Virus record (IMG/VR): IMGVR_UViG_3300035698_022838
Coordinates: 32,001-96,000 of that record
Reading direction: 5' to 3' (one strand)
Length of the DNA: 64,000 nucleotides
Source: a virus
The first letter of the stretch is position 1; each line of letters begins with the position of its first letter. The notes beneath the pieces were generated by a model, which did no database searches, was not told the DNA's origin, and was given only the letters and a program-made list of their open reading frames with translations. The position numbers were made by a program, and so were the translations under genes. Positions 58,935-64,000 of the stretch are shown one piece after another.

Positions 58935-61403
58935 TTATTGTTCTTCGTATTCGTCTGGATTATGTGTACCTAAACTAGGATTATATTTACTTGATGATTT
59001 AAGATTTCCTAAGTTTAATGGCTGATCTACTATGAAATCACCAGATGTTTCTGGGTATACACCATCAAAACCTAGTGTTCTATTATCCTTAGATTCTGGT
59101 TGATATACTTTTTCTGGTTTGGTTTCAAAATTACTTTCAGGGGATCTTAATTCACCTCTTGATGATATAATTTTCTTCTCTGGGTATACTGTATCTATGC
59201 TACTAGTTTCAGTATCTATAGGCTTTGTATAAACCCTATCCAATGAAGGTTTACTTGTTATTTTCTCTGGACTATAAACAACATCTTTTTCTAATTTAGT
59301 ATTTAAAACCTCCTCCTTATAAACAGTCTCTTTTGCTAGTTTATCAGTTGGAACTACATCAGGATAAACGTCATCGTTTACTTCTGGATATATTCTATCG
59401 GGTACACCTAAATCACTACCTGGTACATCAGCATAAACATCGTCATTCGGTCCGCTATATACTCTATCAGGTACACCTAGATCGCTACCTGGATTATCTA
59501 AGTAAACATCGCCTGTTGTTTCTGGGTAAACCCTATCAGGTACACCAAGATCACTTCCAGGTACATTAGGATATACGTCCCCTTGTGGTTCTGGATAAAT
59601 CCTATCTGGTACACCCAAATCACTGCCAGGTACATTTTCATACACATCACCTTCTGGTTTTGGATATATCCTTTCAGGTACACCTAGATCACTACCTGGG
59701 TTATTATTATATACGTCATCTTCTACCTCCTGATAAACTCTATCGGGAACACCAAGATCTGTGCCTGGTACATTTTCATACACATCACCTTCAGGCTTAG
59801 CGTAAACTCTTTCCTTAACCCCTAGATCTGTACCCGGTACATTAGGGTATACATCACTTTCATCCTTGCTTATTATTGGATATACTCTTTCCGGAGGTCC
59901 ACCTTCTCCCATTGTTTGAGGATTTGGTAAATTACCTTTAAATATATTATCAATTCCGGTTTCACTAGCACCATTTAGGTAATTTGCAGCATTATTAAAT
60001 AACCCTTTACCATTAGTAGCACTAGTTAATTGTGAAGGGTCCATGGAATAAATATTCCCCATTATACTCTGGTCCAATCCACTTAATGCTGGACTTATAA
60101 ATTGACTGATTCCTTCGTTTATTAAATCAGAAACTGCACCAGAAACAAAATTAGTCAATAATTCTGCACCCATAGATGTAATACTTTCAATATCCAATGT
60201 AGGATCAAGATCCTCTACACTAGTTTGATCCTGGCTATATCCATCAGCAAGTATCAAGGGTTTCTTATCACTTCTTATATTAGGATATTGGTTTTTTATT
60301 CTTACTTTACCAACGTGTATTTTGAATGAGTTTTCCTCTGGTGTAGATGATTCTGCTCCAATATCAACGATAGCTTTTAGTGATGTGCTTTCACTGAAAT
60401 CAAATTCACACTGACTGCATTCATAGATCAAAACTGGTTTTATTCCACTTTGGTCTGCTTGGTTTGACAAAGCATCTCTTTCATTAGATAAGCCTGCACC
60501 TTCTGCAACATTACCAACAAAGCTAGAAAAAGCACTTTGGTCATTTCCACTCCTATTGCTTCCACTGCCAGAACTTTCAATATCATTTTCTATTATGGCA
60601 GCCCCTGGGTTTCTATCTGTACTTATCAATGAACTAAGATCATCTATTACAGAAAGAGCTGTACTAGCTCCAGCTAACCTGCTAGTTTTAAAAAAGTTTC
60701 TTATTTCACCTACAAATATCCACATAGTAAACTTACGAAGATTCCTTGGGACAAGCCATCTCATATTATCAGCATCAAATGTTGCTTGGTTATATAGATC
60801 TTGAAGTGCATTCATTCTAAGATTAAGAGATTCTAGAGTTTTTATAGTTAAATGTTTACCACCAGTCCTTTGATTATCAAAAAAATCTATATCATCATCA
60901 GTTTGAAATCCGCTCTTTGATACCTTATCTAACATATTTAATCCTTCGATCGACTGGAAAAACCACGGGGAATTAGTATTTGTTTCTTTTAGTAATTTTT
61001 GGAATTGCAAAAGTGCATTAGCTCTCTTCTTTTGATTGTTTTTTTGTTTTTCAAAAGCGCCATCTCTTTCCAATAAATAATTATATGCGGAATAATAAAT
61101 TGGGCTATCTCCGTCGCCTCTTTTTAATTCCTCTTCATCTTTATCTCCAACAGATGCTACATATTGTGGTTGTCCGAATGGGTTTAACATAGAAGCCATA
61201 CTAGCACCTTGGGTAGATGTATAATTACCCTTTTTTAATATTGGACTTGGGGGCCAACCATAATTAGAGTTAATTGGTAAAACTCCAAAATCAAATATTA
61301 TTTTAAACCCAAGATATGTCGGATCTTCATTACTTCCCGAATTAGAGAGTTTGAACCCTTTAAGAAAAAGGTTTCTGTTTTTATCTGTAGCTTTAATTCC
61401 CAT
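58935..61403 (-). CDS. Tail-tube/baseplate-junction-like protein with C-terminal 23-aa tandem repeats
   Basis: EDPTYLGF, PWFFQSIEGL, LESL.LR, P.NLRKF.M.I; repeats DVYxNVPGSDLGVPDRVYP. Confidence 0.6.
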   Translation of the reverse strand: MGIKATDKNRNLFLKGFKLSNSGSNEDPTYLGFKIIFDFGVLPINSNYGWPPSPILKKGNYTSTQGASMASMLNPFGQPQYVASVGDKDEEELKRGDGDSPIYYSAYNYLLERDGAFEKQKNNQKKRANALLQFQKLLKETNTNSPWFFQSIEGLNMLDKVSKSGFQTDDDIDFFDNQRTGGKHLTIKTLESLNLRMNALQDLYNQATFDADNMRWLVPRNLRKFTMWIFVGEIRNFFKTSRLAGASTALSVIDDLSSLISTDRNPGAAIIENDIESSGSGSNRSGNDQSAFSSFVGNVAEGAGLSNERDALSNQADQSGIKPVLIYECSQCEFDFSESTSLKAIVDIGAESSTPEENSFKIHVGKVRIKNQYPNIRSDKKPLILADGYSQDQTSVEDLDPTLDIESITSMGAELLTNFVSGAVSDLINEGISQFISPALSGLDQSIMGNIYSMDPSQLTSATNGKGLFNNAANYLNGASETGIDNIFKGNLPNPQTMGEGGPPERVYPIISKDESDVYPNVPGTDLGVKERVYAKPEGDVYENVPGTDLGVPDRVYQEVEDDVYNNNPGSDLGVPERIYPKPEGDVYENVPGSDLGVPDRIYPEPQGDVYPNVPGSDLGVPDRVYPETTGDVYLDNPGSDLGVPDRVYSGPNDDVYADVPGSDLGVPDRIYPEVNDDVYPDVVPTDKLAKETVYKEEVLNTKLEKDVVYSPEKITSKPSLDRVYTKPIDTETSSIDTVYPEKKIISSRGELRSPESNFETKPEKVYQPESKDNRTLGFDGVYPETSGDFIVDQPLNLGNLKSSSKYNPSLGTHNPDEYEEQ
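59355..59855 (-). repeat. Coding tandem repeat, 7 full + 1 partial 69-bp units
   Basis: DVYPNVPGTDLGVKERVYAKPEG, DVYENVPGTDLGVPDRVYQEVED and similar; synonymous positions diverged. Confidence 0.92.
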
Positions 61404-61426
61404 TAGGGTTTATTATTTTATTATAT

Positions 61427-62929
61427 TTATCCATCAATAAGATTAATTGGAAATGCTTTAGGGAATTTACCTGCACTGTTTAAAACCCAATCTCTTTTCC
61501 TTAAATGTAAAACCTGATACATTCCACGGTGTGCTTCGTATTTTAATTCAATTCCCATTAGTATATAAACGCCAGATAAAAATCTATCAATCACTGGATT
61601 TATAGTTTCTTCTGGTTTTTCGTTATTAGATGCCCCAGTATTTTCTTTTCTTAATCCTTGATCATTTACGTAAATTACAACTGGGATAGCTTGTCCCCTA
61701 TAAATTCCATTATAATATCCATTAGTTTCGATTTTAAGGGTAAATTTATTTAGATCTTCTTTATTGAATTTATTCTGAATCAAAGCCTGTATAAAATTCT
61801 CATGAACTCCGCCAGGACCTTCCTCGTCATTCAGTGAACCATACCAATTTTTTCTAATATCCTTAGAATATTCATTTTCTATCGCTCTACCTTTTTGTAA
61901 AACCATATTTTCACCAACTATTTCAGTAGTTGAGGTTTCTATTGTATAGTTAATATACTTTTCAACTGGATTATCAGTTTTGAATCCATCATCATAGAAT
62001 TGGACTTCTTGTACGTACCCGCGATTATTTGTAATGTTTCCTGCTTGTGAAACTAGAGTATAATTAAGAATATATGTCGGCGAATCAAAAGAGCCTTTTT
62101 CATTTGTTAAAACTAATGGTACATCTTGTAGTGGGTTGTTTATACCAGGAAACAAAGTATCGTTGGCATTTCCGGTACCTAGTCCGCTAATAACTTTTAC
62201 TATTTGTATATAATCTTTAGCAGATAATTGATTGTCTAAATTAATGAAGGTTAAATTATAATATGGGTCTATCCAAGTACCAAAGAAACTTCGATCATTT
62301 TTATATGATCTACTAGTTACTTCTTTTATGAAATCATGAGCTGATAAATTAGGACAAATCCAAGTCATTTCATCATTAAGATTAGCATCATTAGTAGAAA
62401 ATCCAAGGTTTAATAGTTGTGAAACATCAAAAAGAGTGTCATATGATGTTTTTGTTCTGAATGCTTTAGAAACTTCACTATATAGACCTGGAATTTTTGC
62501 TTCACCTAATATACTAAACGTCATACCATTACCATCAGGATCACTTGATTGATTAGATCTAACTGATAATACATTAAAATCCATTCTTATTGGTTTATAT
62601 AACTCAATCCACGATCTAACATATACTGATATTACATCACCATCTTTAGGGTAAGAAACCCCAATAAATAACGAATTCTGCATATCAAATTGAATTCTTA
62701 CAGTAGGTAAAAATCCAGTCATATCAAGATTGAAATATGGCATGAATTTATGTACATAATATCCATTAATAAAAACTACCGGTACATAAGCGCCAAAAGA
62801 TTTTTCATCTGAATCTTGAGCTGCTGGAGCTCCTTCATTACCCCGTCCAGTTCGGTTAGGAACAACTAATTCGTCTAATCTTAATGTAGGTTTAGCTACA
62901 TTTCGTATAATTATTTCATCTGAAGCCAT
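61427..62929 (-). CDS. gp27-like baseplate hub protein
   Basis: 500 aa between the gp53-like and spike genes; D.M.WI.P, WIDPYYNL.F, LSG.Y.L.GI...Y pattern. Confidence 0.6.
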   Translation of the reverse strand: MASDEIIIRNVAKPTLRLDELVVPNRTGRGNEGAPAAQDSDEKSFGAYVPVVFINGYYVHKFMPYFNLDMTGFLPTVRIQFDMQNSLFIGVSYPKDGDVISVYVRSWIELYKPIRMDFNVLSVRSNQSSDPDGNGMTFSILGEAKIPGLYSEVSKAFRTKTSYDTLFDVSQLLNLGFSTNDANLNDEMTWICPNLSAHDFIKEVTSRSYKNDRSFFGTWIDPYYNLTFINLDNQLSAKDYIQIVKVISGLGTGNANDTLFPGINNPLQDVPLVLTNEKGSFDSPTYILNYTLVSQAGNITNNRGYVQEVQFYDDGFKTDNPVEKYINYTIETSTTEIVGENMVLQKGRAIENEYSKDIRKNWYGSLNDEEGPGGVHENFIQALIQNKFNKEDLNKFTLKIETNGYYNGIYRGQAIPVVIYVNDQGLRKENTGASNNEKPEETINPVIDRFLSGVYILMGIELKYEAHRGMYQVLHLRKRDWVLNSAGKFPKAFPINLIDG

Positions 62930-62938
62930 ATCTTAATA

Positions 62939-63523
62939 TTATAATGATGCATCAGGATTTGAGGTTGCATTGGTTACGTCAGGAGCAAGACCTATTACAG
63001 CATTAGTTCTTACTGTTTGTCTTTCACCCTCTTGCATAAAATTAGGAGGAAGAATTTGTGCTGGTGCATTCTTAGCCTTTAGTCTATCCTCTATAAATTT
63101 TTTCCTAGAATCACTAACTTTAAATTTCTTTTGTTCTTGTGCTTTTCTAAACTTTTGATTTGGATTTGAATTATCGTTTCCTTTCTCTATTATACTGGTT
63201 TTGTTCTCTGCAGCATTGTCGAAGGTTGCTTTAGTTGGTACTAAAAGAAAATCGCCAGTATTAATTGAAAATGGATTAGATATTGAATTGAATTTCATAA
63301 CATAGCCAAGATATTTAGGACTAGCAAATATTCGATTCGATATTAGATCTGCCCTCATAACATCATCATCAGTAACCATAATATAATTTTTTATTCTTAC
63401 GTTTACGTTTTTATATGATATTGAGGATCTTGTAAGATCCCATATACCATATTTTTTCCCTTGCATTTCGGGATTTGGGTTGAAAATAGTTTTATTTTTA
63501 ACTAAGGTATCTATATTAAGCAT
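62939..63523 (-). CDS. gp53: gp53-like (LysM-type) baseplate wedge protein
   Basis: RADLIS...F......V.KFN.ISNPFSI..GD.L.VP. Confidence 0.75.
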   Translation of the reverse strand: MLNIDTLVKNKTIFNPNPEMQGKKYGIWDLTRSSISYKNVNVRIKNYIMVTDDDVMRADLISNRIFASPKYLGYVMKFNSISNPFSINTGDFLLVPTKATFDNAAENKTSIIEKGNDNSNPNQKFRKAQEQKKFKVSDSRKKFIEDRLKAKNAPAQILPPNFMQEGERQTVRTNAVIGLAPDVTNATSNPDASL

Positions 63524-63537
63524 TTTATATTATTTTT

Positions 63538-64000
63538 TTACGAACTACTTTTAGATTCTCCATCTTTAGCATAAGTTGCAGCTAATTGGTCTGCTGCAGT
63601 AGTAACTCCATTCTTATATCTAACTTGTTCACCATCAGTTGTACCTAGACTATTAATTGATTGTTGATTTGCATAGGTATCAAGAACACTTTGATATAAT
63701 CTACCGTCACCTCGATTAAACATACTTTCTATCTCACCTCGTTCCCTATCTCTACCGTGTCTCAATGTAAATGTTGCAACTATTTCGGTTGGAAAATCAT
63801 CAGGACCTAAAACCTCACCAAATTCTATCTTTATCCCGTGACATATCAGGTTACCAATCATTGCTATTGGGTTCATAGGATTTCCTACTACTAAGTGCCA
63901 TTCACCAGTAGGTGCACCAGTTTTTAAGCCTAAAGGAACCTGTATTTCACTTATTAAATTAGTAGATAATGCAAACGTTAAAGCATTTTTAGCTCCTTCA
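63538..64000 (-). CDS. 3' part of a tail/baseplate protein entering from beyond the window
   Basis: Frame is open from 63999 (EGAKNAL...GEWHLVVGNPMNPIAMIGNLIC...GPDDFP). Confidence 0.75.
   Translation of the reverse strand, partial: EGAKNALTFALSTNLISEIQVPLGLKTGAPTGEWHLVVGNPMNPIAMIGNLICHGIKIEFGEVLGPDDFPTEIVATFTLRHGRDRERGEIESMFNRGDGRLYQSVLDTYANQQSINSLGTTDGEQVRYKNGVTTAADQLAATYAKDGESKSSS

Noticed and set aside
59355-59855. 69-bp repeats as a CRISPR array
   Set aside because: The units are in frame, conserved at the protein level, vary at synonymous sites and have no repeat/spacer alternation.
1218-63158. Numerous short ORFs overlapping long genes (e.g. 10953-11456, 34415-34828, 48690-49238, 54337-54705)
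   Set aside because: Antisense or alternate-frame shadows of well-supported genes, with no motifs or expression signals.
1-64000. Stop-codon reassignment (TAG/TGA), as in some large phages
   Set aside because: Genes up to 4 kb are open in code 11 with dense packing, and TAG ends genes at plausible termini (7163, 9426, 13452, 18407).
1-64000. tRNA, rRNA, group I intron, intein or diversity-generating retroelement
   Set aside because: Intergenic gaps are nearly all under 120 nt and explained by promoters or terminators. I saw no cloverleaf, reverse transcriptase or intein motifs, though this was by eye only.

Overview
This AT-rich window (about 30% GC by eye) is a 64-kb segment of a large T4-superfamily (jumbo) myophage. 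It uses the standard genetic code and almost all genes lie on the minus strand. The left third (1-19.4 kb) holds replication and accessory genes: a GT2-TPR glycosyltransferase, adenylate kinase, a gp56-like dCTPase/dUTPase, the N-terminal half of a split family-B DNA polymerase, an amidase, Hsp20, an Hc1-like histone missed by the ORF track, an RNA-ligase-like/HIGH nucleotidyltransferase fusion, a Pol-beta-type nucleotidyltransferase, UvsW, UvsY, primase, gp32 and a RuvC-like nuclease. The right two thirds (19.4-64 kb) is a tail/baseplate/neck module with gp3-, gp6-, gp25-, gp13-, gp5/spike-, gp27- and gp53-like genes, collagen-like fibres and PKD/propeller proteins. PhoH, a homing-endonuclease-like gene, an amidoligase-like gene and a ribosomal protein S1-like gene interrupt this module. 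Several clues point to a Bacteroidota host (inference): DUF4494-like, Hc1-like and short Adk genes, SD-less A-rich leaders, and S1. The most interesting signals are: (1) a dispersed G-x-[ST]-G motif strongly enriched in the tail proteins, together with a phage protein-type glycosyltransferase, suggesting virion O-glycosylation; (2) proteins carrying T4-like capsid-targeting peptides, including Adk and nucleotidyltransferases, suggesting an injected nucleotide/RNA-repair kit; (3) three recognisable promoter classes plus T4-like autogenous operators on the polymerase and gp32 leaders. All calls come from motif recognition by eye; no database search was run.
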